Shown one piece after another: positions 38,505-52,237 of a DNA stretch of 64,000 nt; position 1 is the first letter of the stretch; each line of letters begins with the position of its first letter. The translations under genes were made by a program, and so were the position numbers. The DNA comes from Octopus sinensis (taxonomy: Eukaryota), in the NCBI RefSeq assembly GCF_006345805.1, contig NC_042997.1:16740001-16804000 (forward strand), written 5' to 3'. The notes beneath the pieces are model-generated. The model did not search any database, was not told where the DNA came from, and saw only the letters and a list, made by a program, of their open reading frames with translations.

Positions 38505-41329
38505 AAACAGGATCCTTTCAGTTTCTACCAGTCAAATCCAACTGAAGGCTTTGGTCAACCTAGATCTATAGTAGAAGACACTTGCTCAGTGTCACACAAT
38601 GAGACTGAACCTGAAACCACATGGTTGGGTAGCTAGTATCCGAACCACACAGCTATGCCTACACCTTGCATTCATATTGAAATTAAACCTTCCTTCATTA
38701 TTTTATGATTTTTTTTTCTTTGTTCTATAGAATAGCTTAATAATGAAAAAAAGTGCCTTATTAACCCCCACCAAATTCCTGATTGTTTTCAAATTAATTG
38801 AAACTCATAGGTGATATATTCCTTTAGAAATATGTTTATGAAAGGGTTAAAGCTTTCATTTGAATATGTTGCAATGTCAGAACCATGAACATTTGAATCA
38901 TATGATCCCTTTTTATGTAGGATAAAAATACAGGATTTTTTAAAGGATCAATCTAAACAATGAGTGATCTTTATTCTGATAATGAACAAATTTATTGCAA
39001 ATTAGGTTTATATCTCTTAAAATAGCTTCCTATTTTAGCATTTCCTCCCATCAAGTGGGCAACAATTGCATGAAATAAAGGCTTATTGTGCAATAGTATT
39101 GAGAACATGCTAGACAAAATGATGTTAAAAAAAATACAATGCAAAATGGGTGATTAATGCTTGTTCATGAAGTGTTAGAGAGGAAACTAGTGGTTCTCTT
39201 AGACAATATGCATTTATGAGTCTTACTCGTACATTTGAGAACAACTGACAATAGGAAATTTGGAAAACTGAGGTGAGGGGATATTAATGAATATGAGGGA
39301 GGAGTTGCAGAACCTGTTCTCAAAGATAAAAAAAATTTTATCACAGAATAAACTTTCCTTATTTTCTTACATATAAAAAATACATTCTAAAATAGGAAAA
39401 TATAATATCAAGTGGTATAGTTTCTTTAAAATAATATATTAGAAGAAGAATATTATGATTGATTAAAATTCTTGTCTTGTGAAGAGCTGAGCTTTTCCTG
39501 AGATTTTAAAGAATGAAATAACATGTTAAAAAACATATTTATATAGACAGAATTTAAGAAGGATCTTGATTACAGAATTAAAAATTATTCTGCGAAAATA
39601 ACCCAGAAAGTTTCTACCTCAATAAAATTACTAAATAATCAATTAAGATGGTGGTAGTGAAGAAATTGATAATTCACTCACAATTTAATCAGGTATTATT
39701 TTACAATTAAATCTGAATTATATATTTTGCATTGCAATTAAAAATCTAGTTTATAATTAATTGTTTAACAAAGATCATATTTAAGTTCTAATTGACTGAA
39801 TGATTTGCTCAAATTCTATTTGACTAATTCCATATTTTTTAGCTGGAAGCAGAGTGTAAAATATAGTCAGCATCTGTGAAAATTTCTCTAAAATCTAATA
39901 GATTTTTCAAACAGAAATAATTTAAATGTGATCTGAATACAAACTGAAGCCATTCTCTTTCTAAGATAAATCAATGAGATTCTCCTTTTTAGTCACTTGA
40001 TCTCCTTAATGTGGCAGCCCTCAACAAAATCACTTGATTTTATATAATATGTATCACATTTTAGGTCAGTATATTTTGTGATGAAAATCAGATGACTTAA
40101 TATTACTTGAGCAGTTCCTAGAGCAGATCAGTTACTTCTGTAAAATCAAATACAAGCTGAGATATCTAGACCATTGAACAACAAAAACTTATACTACACC
40201 AAACTTTTCTACTCTACCCTCATCTTATTTAAAATGAGCTTTTAGCTACATTACTTCAGCTACCTATTCATCCATTTTCTTTAATAATGTGAGGCAAAAT
40301 GATATATACTCCCCATTTTCTTGAATCTCTTACTTTTGAGATTTTCTTATTCTGATAGATTTCTTTCAATTATCAAGATACAATATTTTGAGCAAAGCAG
40401 CAATATTTATTTGACTAGGCAGAAAGCTAATTCTTAAGGCAAAATTGACCTTGAGGATTTCTGAACACAGGATGGAAATGGACCAAACTTTACATATTGT
40501 AAGCAATTTAGTTTAAGTTTCTGCTGACAACTTGTCTTCCATCAGTAAACTTGTTTTCCATCAGTAAACTTGTTTCACTTAACTATCATTTCTTCCACCC
40601 CCATTGGCCACCTTCATCATCACTTTAATAAGTTTTCTTTATTTATAAAAAAAGAAATATTTATTGCTGTTTTTATATTTTCCTCTTTGAAGTTAAAATT
40701 TAAAAGATACAAATACTAAATATTATATATCCATTTACTTGTCAACATCTTTAGTCTGAATTCTCCATCCATCTCATTGCTGCACAGTAAACACTAGTTG
40801 TGTTATACTTTTTCTCATGAAACTAATATGTCTAAGTATGAATATTACTAAGGAAGTAAAAACTAAAAAACAACCCTCACCGAATCCCAACTGTATCTAA
40901 CTTGACAAAAGCTTTGACCCTACATTCTCTAGTGCTCACCAATCTTAGTATTTTCCTGTTTCATATACACTTCAGGGATCTCTTGCACTATGGCTATTTC
41001 AGGTAAAAGGATTCATGCTTATGGGGACTGTAAAGTATGATCTCTAGTTTTAGGATAAGGTCTGTAATTTTGCTCTTATGGAAACTCAGACAAATTTTAA
41101 CAATTTAAAAGCTACTTTCTTCTTATCCAAAAGAACTCATCTTGGTGTTTTAGCAAAGAGCAAAGTATAATTAACAATTTGAAAGACTATAATCACAATA
41201 CATACGTGCGCGCACACACACACACACATGCACGCACACATGCACACACACACACACATGCATGCATACAGAGCACCTGCTAAACAACAGCAGCAAAAAT
41301 AAATATACTAATGCAGTCCTTTAAAGTGA

Positions 41330-42300
41330 AGCAAGCAACATTGTACGAGTTGGGAGTGAACTCATCAAGAAACGCTCTCTTCCTGATGATCTCCTATACA
41401 GCCCTGAAACAGCTGGGCTCTCTTACCTCAGAGAAGGCCTAGATGGAAATCACTCAGCATACAAAAAAAAAAAAAGACCATGCATATATTGCCCGGATGC
41501 TTGAAGAAAACAGTAGAATTGACATGAAGCACAGCCTCTCTTGGACACAAGACCACTACATCACATCTCACTTTGAAGGCTATGCATTTGCAATCCAGGA
41601 ACAGGAGATTGCCACAAAGTACTTGGTGAACAAGAGAGACAGTGATGCTCTTATAATCCCAAGGGGCAACTGCATGTGTAGGCTATGTCTCTATGCAGCA
41701 CAGTGTTATTGCTAAGACAATTTACAATGCTATCCGCAAAAAAAAAACTGTCCTGAAATAAACTTAGAAAATCTCTCTGTTATGGAATACATTCATAAAC
41801 ACCAACTCAATACTGGTGGAATATTTCCATCAAAGCTTCTGTCAAATGTAAGCATAACAGGCCAGATATTGTTGTTTGGGACAGAGGGGCAAAAGTATGT
41901 ACCATCATAGAGGTTGGCTGCCCTGCAGGTAAAAATATCTCTTTGAGAATCAAAGTAAAAGAGGATATCTATGGACAACTGCTTCAAAACCTCCAGCTTC
42001 TATATCCAGACTATGAATTCATATTCATACCAATAATAATTCGAGCACTAGGTTTTGTTAGTAAATGCTTAAAGGAGAATCTGGATAACTGGGATTTTCA
42101 GAAAGAGAAATTGACTGGCTGATTTGTATATTACAAGTTCAATTTGTGAATAGAACAATAAAAATATGTAAGACTTTTCTCAAGTTCCAAATGTGAATTT
42201 GTCTGTGTTAACTACATTCCAAAGATGGAGCCTTGTATCTTTGTTTGTAATAGGCTCCTTCCTCAGTGGAAGAATTATAATAATTAAAAAAATAGAAGAG
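41330..42300 (+). mobile_element. 5'-truncated, frameshifted RLE-type non-LTR retrotransposon (R4/Dong-like) 3' end
   Basis: SLSWTQDHYITSHFEGYAFAIQEQEIATKYLVNKR...CRLC, then AKTIYNAIRKK, then YWWNISIKASVKCKHNRPDIVVWDRGAKVCTIIEVGCP...KEDIYGQL...IPIIIRALG (PD-(D/E)xK restriction-like endonuclease). Apparent stop at 42194-42196, then a short 3' UTR. Confidence 0.85.
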
Positions 42301-42587
42301 ACATACATACATATTTACTTACTTATTTACTTATGAAGAAAGAGCAAAAGAAACTGAAGTGTATTCTCCAAATCTAATCTATTAGTGGTACAGTAAAGAT
42401 TTGTAAGACATTCCAAAGATTCTTCATCTGAGATTCTTTAGATGAACAAATGCACACACACAAGTGTGTGTATTGACAACTAAACCAACACACTAACTTA
42501 ACCACATATTTACAAATACTGGGAACTCTCTTAACTCAAAAAGTTTCGTTGCTTTAAGTTCTCTTAAGAACTTAAACAAAATTCAAA

Positions 42588-43000
42588 GAGTGGCTGTGAG
42601 GTAAGCAGCTTGCTAACCAACCACATGGTTCCGGGTTCAGTCCCACTGCGTGGCATCTTGGGCAAGTGTCTTCTGCTATAGCCCTGGGCCGACCAATGCC
42701 TTGTGAGTGGATTTGGTAGACGGAAACTGAAAGAAGCCTGTCGCATATATGTATATATATATATATATGTATGTGTGTTTGTGTGTGTGTGTTTGTCCCC
42801 CTAGCATTGCTTGACAACTGATGCTGGTGTGTTTACATCCCCGTCACTTAGCGGCTCGGCAAAAAGAGACCGATAGAATAAGTACTGGGCTTACAAAGAA
42901 TAAGTCCTGGGGTCGAGTTGCTCGACTAAAGGTGGTGCTCCAGCATGACCGCAGTCAACTGACTGAAACAAGTAAAAGAGTAAAAAAGAGTAAGAGTATA
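42588..43000 (+). mobile_element. Near full-length tRNA-derived SINE (family A)
   Basis: tRNA-like head with A/B-box-like segments (tggctgtgaggtaag...ggttcagtccc), internal (TA/TG)n and a gtaaaaaagagtaaga tail. Several partial copies in the window. Confidence 0.8.
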
Positions 43001-44373
43001 CATACATACATACATACATACATACATACATAATATGTATATGTGTGTATATGTGTATATGTATGAAAGTATTTATAAATGGTCACTAGAAATATGTGAA
43101 GTGAAATTTTTCACTATGAATAGTTGTATATGTTTTTGTATATTTTCTTGGGTTACATTGAGTATTTGTTTACATATTCATGTATATCTATCAATATATC
43201 CATCTATATACATATATATAAATCAACCTTCACCATCATCTCAATCTGTTATCAATACCAACACAACCAACACCAACACCAGAACTAATACAATAGCTGC
43301 CATTACCAATCCATCAATTCCTCAATGAAAACAACAACAGTAGCAATAGTATATAACCTCTCCAACCATCCCAAACCAATCACATAAGATAATGTTATAC
43401 TCTAGCGTATTTTAAATGTTTGAATGAAGTGTGTTTGATCTTAGGTCAATGAGAATTGACTTTAGACTCTACAGTCGCAATTAACAAGAACGATATGCTA
43501 CCACCAGCAATATCCTTACTATTACTATCACCACAAACACCAAAACCAACACAATCACAACTACTAACTCAGCAATTTTTGAATAAGCAACTGGCAGCAT
43601 CAATAATAGTATCAGCATGAGAGCAATGTCTGCAGTTACATATGATGCATGTCAACACAATAGTGTGCATGAGATTGTGTGAGTAGTGTGAAGTTTTTAT
43701 GGCTCAGATCAGAGGTCCAGGGAGCAAAGTACCCATGAACCTGGCAAATCTTCAACTAATTGTAACTATATAGTACTTCCTTCCACCTCATTCCTTCAGC
43801 CTTTTACCCTCTCATTTCCATTCTTACATCCATAGGAATAAGACATTAATATTTTTCTATCACAAAACAGTTCTTTACTGGTGCTACTGCTTTACTACCT
43901 ATTTTTTGTGGATAATTGTTGATCATTGCTGCTGTTAGATTTACCTACAATTAAAGATGTCTGGAAAGAAGCCATCCAGTGGAACTGAAGCTAGTTGTGT
44001 GAAAGGGAACCATAAAAGGATTAAAGCTGATATTAACCTTGTTTGAAGAATGTTTGATGTGTTTTCAAAAAAGATCAGCCACATTACCAAAGCATTAAAG
44101 CTTGTACAGGGAACAATATGTAACAATAAAGAGAAAATTAAGTCAGGTGTTCAAGAATCCCTCAAGTGGATGTTGATGATGAACTATAAGATAGAAGGTT
44201 GTTTCTTACACCAGCACCAACCTCAATAACCACCAATCCTCACATAATAGTGAACATTTTTAGTTGTAAGAACATACCTTATTATGGTATTATAAATCTT
44301 ATTTATTCCCTAAAATATTTCTCTTCAAATGTTTTTAAATGTCCTTATTGTTTTGTCATTGTTGTCATCGTCG

Positions 44374-44416
<43 letters not shown>

Positions 44417-45699
44417 ATGCCTAAATTTTCTCTTAATACATTAGTGCTCTATCACACATATACACTGACGTTTGCACATCTAGTGGAGCATACCAGCTTC
44501 ATCCCTCTCCAGTCTTTGCATGTCTTCTGTATTCAGAGCCCATGTCTCACTACCATGTAGCATTGTAGTTTGTATACATGCTTCATAAAATATTCCTTTC
44601 ACTCAGTGATAGAGAGAGAGAGACCTTTGGTTTCTAATCGAGGTAAAGGTAAAGTGTATTCAGAAATTGTTTCCATGCATAAAAGAGGTTGTGTTACTTA
44701 TTTTCCTGTGTTGTTTTAAAATAATCTGTAAGAATATTTTATTACTTTACAACATGAAATCAATGAGAAAATTAATTTCACATTACAGGATTTCATATTA
44801 TGTTAAGTTTTTCAGGAATTCATTATTCTCATAATGTGGGTGATTCTTGTACTTAGAATAATTAAAAGCAAAATTGCATGATTAGAACTCTTGAAACATA
44901 TTCCTGGAATTAAATATCCCAAAGTATTTTGGTATTTTGTATGCTATATCAATTCCACTATGCCAATAATTATCTAAGAAGCTCATAGACAGAACAATGG
45001 CTTCTAGTTATCTCCCTTTAGATGAATTTTTTTTTTTATGTAGGTCACAGATGTCTGTTGTAGGTAATTAGTAGATATTAGATTGCTTTACTCAATTACA
45101 AAATCTCTGTGAACTAATGGTACTGATATTATCAGTAATTGGAGATTGTTGTTGATATTAATTTTGTTATCTGCTCTTATACTGTTCCTGTCTTCACCAT
45201 CTCCTTACTTGGTTTTCTTAGATGTGAAAATGACTAGAAGTTTGTCTGTTAGTTTAAACAATTAGTCTTGAAATGTGTTTCTCTAAATTAAACAGAAATT
45301 AGTAATTGACTAATAAATATTTTCAATCTTATTTTCCTTTCTTAGCCTCTCCTTCTTCCTTCTCCAACTTCTGTTCTTTTTCTCTTTCTTCCCTCTTTGA
45401 GTTCCTTCATTTCTAACTCTTCTTTTCTTCAGTTTTATTAAATTTTTTTTTGTATGTCTCAAGTGTTCACTTTAAACAGCTCTTGTAGACAGAATAATTA
45501 GTTTTAGTTTTCTTGAGTAGATAAAACAATATATGTTTCTCCTCAAAGCCATCTTCATGACCTTAACCATAAATTATTAACCCATCTAAAAACTCCTTTC
45601 ATAATCAGTATAAATGATATTTTAGATGCTGTTGCAATGTTTATTTCCAGTATAATACTATAGGCTGAATAGTTGAGTTACTGATTATAGAACTATATA

Positions 45700-46110
45700 A
45701 TGTGACAAAGGCCTGCCTTCCTCTTCAGGAACAGAAAATACAAACATAGTAAAGAATGTATCATAAAAACTGACCTCTCTCTACAGGGACAGAAACTACA
45801 ACATCCACAAACAGCTACTAACTATCTACAAAGCTCAAGTGAGAACCACAAGGAAGTACTCTTCTTATATTTTTGATGGTGCACCCAGATATCCTAGATT
45901 GCATTAACTAACTTCAGAATGACAGAACTGCATTGTGTCAACAGTAAAGATATATATCCCTCAACAGAAGAAACTACCTATATTTAAGCTGGTACCAAAA
46001 ATGGTACAATTTACTGTTGTAGCACTAAGTACAATTCTTCTGGTGTAAGAAGATACCAGTGTCCTACCTGGACAAATATTTGTTTCTGAATCACTTAATG
46101 CTGTCATAGT
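45700..46110 (+). mobile_element. Decayed CR1/L2-like LINE ORF2 C-terminal remnant
   Basis: From 45812: QLLTIYKAQVRTTRKYSSYIFDGAP, similar to the CR1-group motif LYKAQVRP.MEYCS..W.GAP. Surrounded by stops and frameshifts. Confidence 0.6.
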
Positions 46111-46514
46111 TGGAGACAAAAACTTGCTCTAAGCAACCTTAAGATTTAAGCTTTGCAAATAATAATAAAAATAAATATAGGAGGGAAAATAAAATTCAAA
46201 GTACTCTGCAGTTGATTTAATTGTTTAAAAATGGACTGGATTGAAGATATTTAGAAAAATAGGAAATATATTGTATATTTTAAATGCTTTTTCAGAAAAT
46301 GAAAATTGTTCATATTTTTTAATTTTAACACTGAATAACAAATAAATATAACAAGAAAATATAACATCTATTCCTTTGGAAAAATAATCAATTAATACAA
46401 AGTTATTCTATGATTAACTGCATCTTTAGTATTGCTGAAAAAAAGCATTATGGAAATCAATTTACTGTTGAATTATTTTACAGTTAAATCAATTATTGCA
46501 TATGTAAGTGCACG

Positions 46515-46515
<1 letters not shown>

Positions 46516-46579
<64 letters not shown>

Positions 46580-46584
46580 GTCTA

Positions 46585-46615
<31 letters not shown>

Positions 46616-46650
46616 GCCTGTCTGCCTGTCTGTCTGTCTGTCTGTTTGTC
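46516..46650. repeat. (TCTA)n-(TCTG)n microsatellite
   Basis: Directly visible. Confidence 0.95.
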
Positions 46651-47503
46651 TATCACAACACACACACACACACATGTATGTATATCAGTCACTAAACACA
46701 CACATACATATATATATATATGTGAATACTGTTAGCCTTTCTCAAAAGCTTATTTATCATTCAAATACTTTTTAAAATTAAAATTATATTGAAGAAGAGC
46801 AAAACTAGGACAATACTGCTGACACAGCTTATTCTTTCACTGACAAATACTGATCTGCTATCTGTTTTCTAAAAGTTCATTTTAACAAGAAATAAATAAG
46901 GAAACGAACAAACAAGGAACTTTCATTCTTAAATTCCATTTATAATCCTGCCAAAAGACACTCACATAATGTCTTTGAAATAGGTTTTAGCATTTTTCTT
47001 TTTCTTTTTCTTCTTTCAATCTTCTACCACTACTACAACGTCACTTTCATTTACTATACCTATATATTACTATTTATCTGCTTGGTTTCCATCTTCTTTT
47101 AGTCCCAGCTTCCTCTGATGCATATAATCTGCTCTCAGACTTTGATGTCTCAAAGTTGTCACCCATTTTTCTCTCTGCATTTACACTTGCCTGAACACCT
47201 TGCTACTGTGCCAGCTTTCTTCTCTACCTTCATCTCCTCTTTTCCATTTATCCCAATCTTTGATTCTGTTTTCATTATTTTTTCACTATATTTTTTTGTT
47301 TACTTTTTATTTCCCAAGAATATTGGAAATGGATTTTTATCTGAGAAGACAGATCTACCATAAACTATCTTCCCCTAACCACCCAAAGACCACCAAAATA
47401 CCCCACATCTTGTTCCATGCTTCATGATTCCCTCTGTCTTCCAATGAATTGTCACTGAAGTTAGTAAGGCATTTAAATATTGGGAGAATGAATAAGAGAG
47501 AGG

Positions 47504-47549
<46 letters not shown>

Positions 47550-48542
47550 AATGAAACAGAACAGAATATTCTAGAACATAGCAAGCTCTGCTATGTGGAT
47601 GACTGATCACACGTTTACACTGCGCAATTTCTTTCTCTTCTTCCTATAATTTCTTTTATGCAACTACACATCGAACTTTTGGTATGTGTGTGTATGAGTG
47701 TGGTGGTACAACAAAAACAAAATTACTGAATAAGAAATAAATGAAAAGTAAGATAAAAATATGATGTAAATAACTAAAGATAAAACATCACAACATACAA
47801 ACAAATGGATTACAACAGATAGCACATCAAGGAAGGATGTTTTTAGTCCGAATGTTCTGTAAAACAAATTGTTTTTGCATTCCATAAATGTTATAATTTA
47901 AGACTGACTTCAGTATAAAAAACAAAACAAACAAAAAAAAAATGACAAAAAAACACACAAAATAAACTGGAATGTTAATATTTTTCTTTGAATCTACCCA
48001 AAGATTTATGCCTCATCCCCATCTCTTACCTAAGTATTTGAAACCTATGCTACTGAACAGGAAAGAAAGAAAATAAAATTAAAAAGTGCCCACGTAGGTA
48101 TATACATGCATGTGAACATATGCACATATACCCAAATGTTTTTCCATCAGCTTTTTGAGGAGAATTTGTTTTACATTTTCTTAAATATCCAGAAAGTTAT
48201 GATGGAATGTGAACACATGTATATGTATGTATGTCTGTGCTGAGAGAGGAAGAGAGAGACATAAGTATAAAAAAGGCATGAGTGATAAATACACACACAC
48301 ACGTGTGTGTTTGTGTGTCTAGTTGTGTGGTATGTAAATGTATCTATGAATGTGCATGCTGGAATATGTGAGCAGGTGTCTTTGCATGTATATGCACATA
48401 TATTTGTATGGTAATGTGTATGCATGTGCATGTCCTTCTTTAGTGGCATATATTAGTGTATATATATATGTGCAGTTATGAATGTTTCTATGCCTGTTTA
48501 GATAACTTTTCATATAGTTTTTAAAAAAAATTTTTGGTGACA

Positions 48543-48586
<44 letters not shown>

Positions 48587-48667
48587 TAGTTATATATGTA
48601 ACATCATGCCTACATATAAAACATATAAAATCATATATATACTCATATGTGTATAATATTATATATA

Positions 48668-48699
<32 letters not shown>

Positions 48700-48704
<5 letters not shown>

Positions 48705-48825
48705 ACTTTTAAAATACACTTATATATAATTTTGTATATAGGCAAAAATTATATATATATATACACAATTTTTAAAATACACTTATATATAATTTTATAT
48801 ATAGGCAAAAATTATATATATATAT
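48700..48825 (+). repeat. Approximately 62-bp tandem duplication
   Basis: acacaa.ttttaaaatacacttatatataatttt.tatataggcaaaaattatatatatatat occurs twice. Confidence 0.85.
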
Positions 48826-49667
48826 TTACATATATGTTTACACACACACACACACACACATATATATATGTGTGTATGTATTAGAAGATCATCTCTCACT
48901 TGTGCATTTCAGTTGTATTTCACTCCAATGGCCAGATACCCATTCTAACACCACTTTATAGACCATACAGGGTTCATTTTGTTGTGGCAACAGCACCAGA
49001 AATGATGATGGTGAAAGCGGGATGAATATATCATCATTAAACTTCTATTTTTCCATGACAGTATGGGTTGGACAGAGGGTTGTATTGAGCTCCAGTATCT
49101 GCTTTATGATGGTTTCTACAGCTGGATGTCCTTTCTATCACCAACCACTTTACAGAGTGTTTTGGGTGCATTTTACTTGCAAAACAAGACCCCTTAACTG
49201 AATAGCATGTTGTACTGAAGGATATGCAAGTATAGTAGAGGAACATGAAGTGATGTCTTACTGAAGAGGTGAATGCATGGCTTTGTCAGCTAGAAAGTGA
49301 GTAAGAAAATGAAAGAGACAGTAAGATGGTGAGAGTGTAGCCTCAAGGTTCTAAGTGAATGTGTGGGAGAGAATAGGGATAGAGAAACAGAAAAGGTAGG
49401 TGGGTAGGCAAGTGTAATGGAGTATGACAGATAATTAGAGATGGGGATTGAGATGGACATTATAAATATAAGTTTAGGAGAAGGGAAGTGTATGAAATAT
49501 GAGCAGGTCAAGGAGGCAGAGGAGGTGAAAGGAACTGCAAAATAGTAGGAATACGATGTGAAGTGTAGGGGATAGTATATGTATATCATATAATATTTAT
49601 TATACATATCATAATATTACACTGTCTAACCCATGCCTGCATAGAAAACACATGTCAAAAGATGATG

Positions 49668-49724
<57 letters not shown>

Positions 49725-49905
49725 ATATATACACACACACACACACATATATATATATACATATATATATATACATACATATATATATACATATATATAT
49801 AGAAATATATGTACATATATATATATATATATACATATATGTATACATATATATATACATTTATATATACATATATATACATAAAGACATACATATATAT
49901 ATACA

Positions 49906-49939
<34 letters not shown>

Positions 49940-50012
49940 ATATATATATATATATATTATATATATATATATATGTAAAAGCAAGTAAGTAACAAAAAAG
50001 TCAAGGTATTTT

Positions 50013-50099
50013 TGCATTACGGCTGTTTCAGGTGGCTACAATTAATCAAACGAAGCAAGCATTACATCAACTTGAAATACACTGCCATCTTCGGATGCA
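50013..50099 (-). ncRNA. Degenerate type I hammerhead motif, sense to the neuroglian pre-mRNA
   Basis: Minus strand: TGCAT-CCGAAGA-TGGC..(about 47 nt)..GCCA-cct-GAAAC-agcc-GTA-ATGCA. 5-bp stem I abuts the core; U4 is C; 3 extra nt before GAAA. Confidence 0.5.
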
Positions 50100-51065
50100 T
50101 AATATAGGTTTTTAACATACAGGATACTCCATTATAATTTTTAGTAACTATTTCATCAGAACTAGAAAATGAAAGAATTACATGCTGCTATTATTGTAGC
50201 CAAATGAACTTAGTGAGAAAATACCCCAACTATAACATGGAGTGGCAGAAGAGAATAACAATGGAGGTCATGAGATGCTAATATAGCCACAATTTTTATC
50301 TATCTTCTTATCACCATCAAAAGATCTAATGTTGCTAGTATAATAAGTCCACTAAAAATTAAAACCACTGGGAATTGGCACTTAAGTTCTAACTGCTGAT
50401 AATAAATTAATTACTGTAAAATACTCTCCCAAAACCCTAATTTACTTCGGCTATAAATTCCCTATGACCACATAAATAAACAAATCTCAAAAGAAGTCAG
50501 TAAAATAGTGGTAAATGCTCAGAAAGAGGGTGGGTAGGGTTGACAAACTATTTTATTATTATCAATTAGGGGGCCTAAAATAGAAAACAAAGGACATCAC
50601 AATGAGATCTAAATGGGCATTAAGGGTACAGGGGGGAAAATATTACCAAAGTATAGCAAAATTTATATATTATTATATTTTGTATAATGAAAAGCAACAT
50701 TTAATAAGTTTAGAAAGGGATATAAGGACCAAGTAAGATAAGAAGGATATATAAACCAATTTAAGCACTAAAAAATAGGTTACTTTTATATAAAGTACAA
50801 GCTTCATAATACTTCATCCTATCGAACTTTAAGGTGGTCATGATAAAACCATTCAAACAATACACCCAAATTACATTCAGAATTCATCCGAAAAAGAGGT
50901 ATATATTTTCTATTGACTGAAAACCAGGAATCAAAGGCAAAAAATGAGACAATTGGTTTTTATAACAGATAAGCTTATTTAAAAAATATAATTATATAAA
51001 AAATTCCAACGTTATGAAAAAATCTTTAAAGGATGTAAGGATATAAGAAGATATAAAAATATGGC

Positions 51066-51096
<31 letters not shown>

Positions 51097-51179
51097 AGAA
51101 CATCGTATATATATATAATATACATAACATATAAATATATGCATATATACAGACATATATGTACATACCTACATATATT

Positions 51180-51893
51180 GCATATATACATGCATACATG
51201 GGTATGGGACATAAAAAAAAACGCAGAGAATGAGAAATGAGAACACAAAAAACAAAAACATAGAAAACGAACCTTTTTTTGAACAATGAAAAAAACAAAC
51301 AGAGAAACGAGACATAAAGAACATTCACTTCGTCAGTTGTCCCCTGTTTGATCTAATCTGTGTTTTGAAGGTAAGGACAAGATTTGACTTCATTAAAACA
51401 GTCCTTCCCGCAAAGCAAATCAAATAAAATTTGGGATTTTTTGTAGAGGGTGAAAGTGGTAACAAAAATAGGACAGTGAGAACAAAACAGTAAAAACAAA
51501 TGGTGAGGGCTGTTAAGCCAAGACGGTGTGAAGTGGTAAACGCTGGAAAAAACGAGCTTTGAGAAGAGACAGATAAAAGCACATCTTGTCTTTAGGAAGG
51601 AAATGGAAGAAAGAAAGAATGGCCATATGTGGACATGACCCCAAGAGTTCAGTTCTTGAATTTAGACACATAGCGGGGTCTAAAGAACTTTTCCAGATAA
51701 GCCCTCTTTCCATATCACAAAGACCACACTTTTCACTGCCATTGGTGTAAGGCTTACACTTGGCCAAGTTCTTCCAGTGAATCTTATAGTTGACACCTTT
51801 TTCTTTTAAGGACCATATATAACTGGATAATTTGGTTGTTTTCCTGTTATCCCAGTGTCTGAAGCTTAAGGTGTGATCGTTGAACCTGGCTTT
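51180..51893 (-). mobile_element. Penelope-like element 3' fragment: GIY-YIG endonuclease C-terminus plus downstream non-coding repeat
   Basis: 51893-51513 is open: KARFNDHTLSFRHWDNRKTTKLSSYIWSLKEKGVNYKIHWKNLAKCKPYTNGSEKCGLCDMERGLI...CLNSRTELLGSCPH. This resembles the recalled PLE GIY-YIG tail (RxxNH..SF...T.LS.YIW.LK...Y.I.W....C.LC..E....N.R.EL...C.H). Broken upstream by a (TA/TG)n array. Confidence 0.8.
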
Positions 51894-51962
51894 CTATACC
51901 TGTGTATGTATGTGTGTGTGCATGTAGAGATGTATATATGAGCATAGTGATGTGTGCATGAG

Positions 51963-52022
<60 letters not shown>

Positions 52023-52237
52023 CGTAGACATACATATGTATATATGTGTATTTGAATGTATATGTACATGCGTGTGAGTATGTATATAGATATATATATA
52101 CATATATGTGTATGAGTGTGTGCATACATGTATGTGTGTGAGTATATGTGTGCATATACAGATTCTAAGAATGAAGTATTACTTTTACCATGCTTATTGG
52201 AGTAATTTCCCGTTAACGGTCTTTTTTTCTTAGAGTT

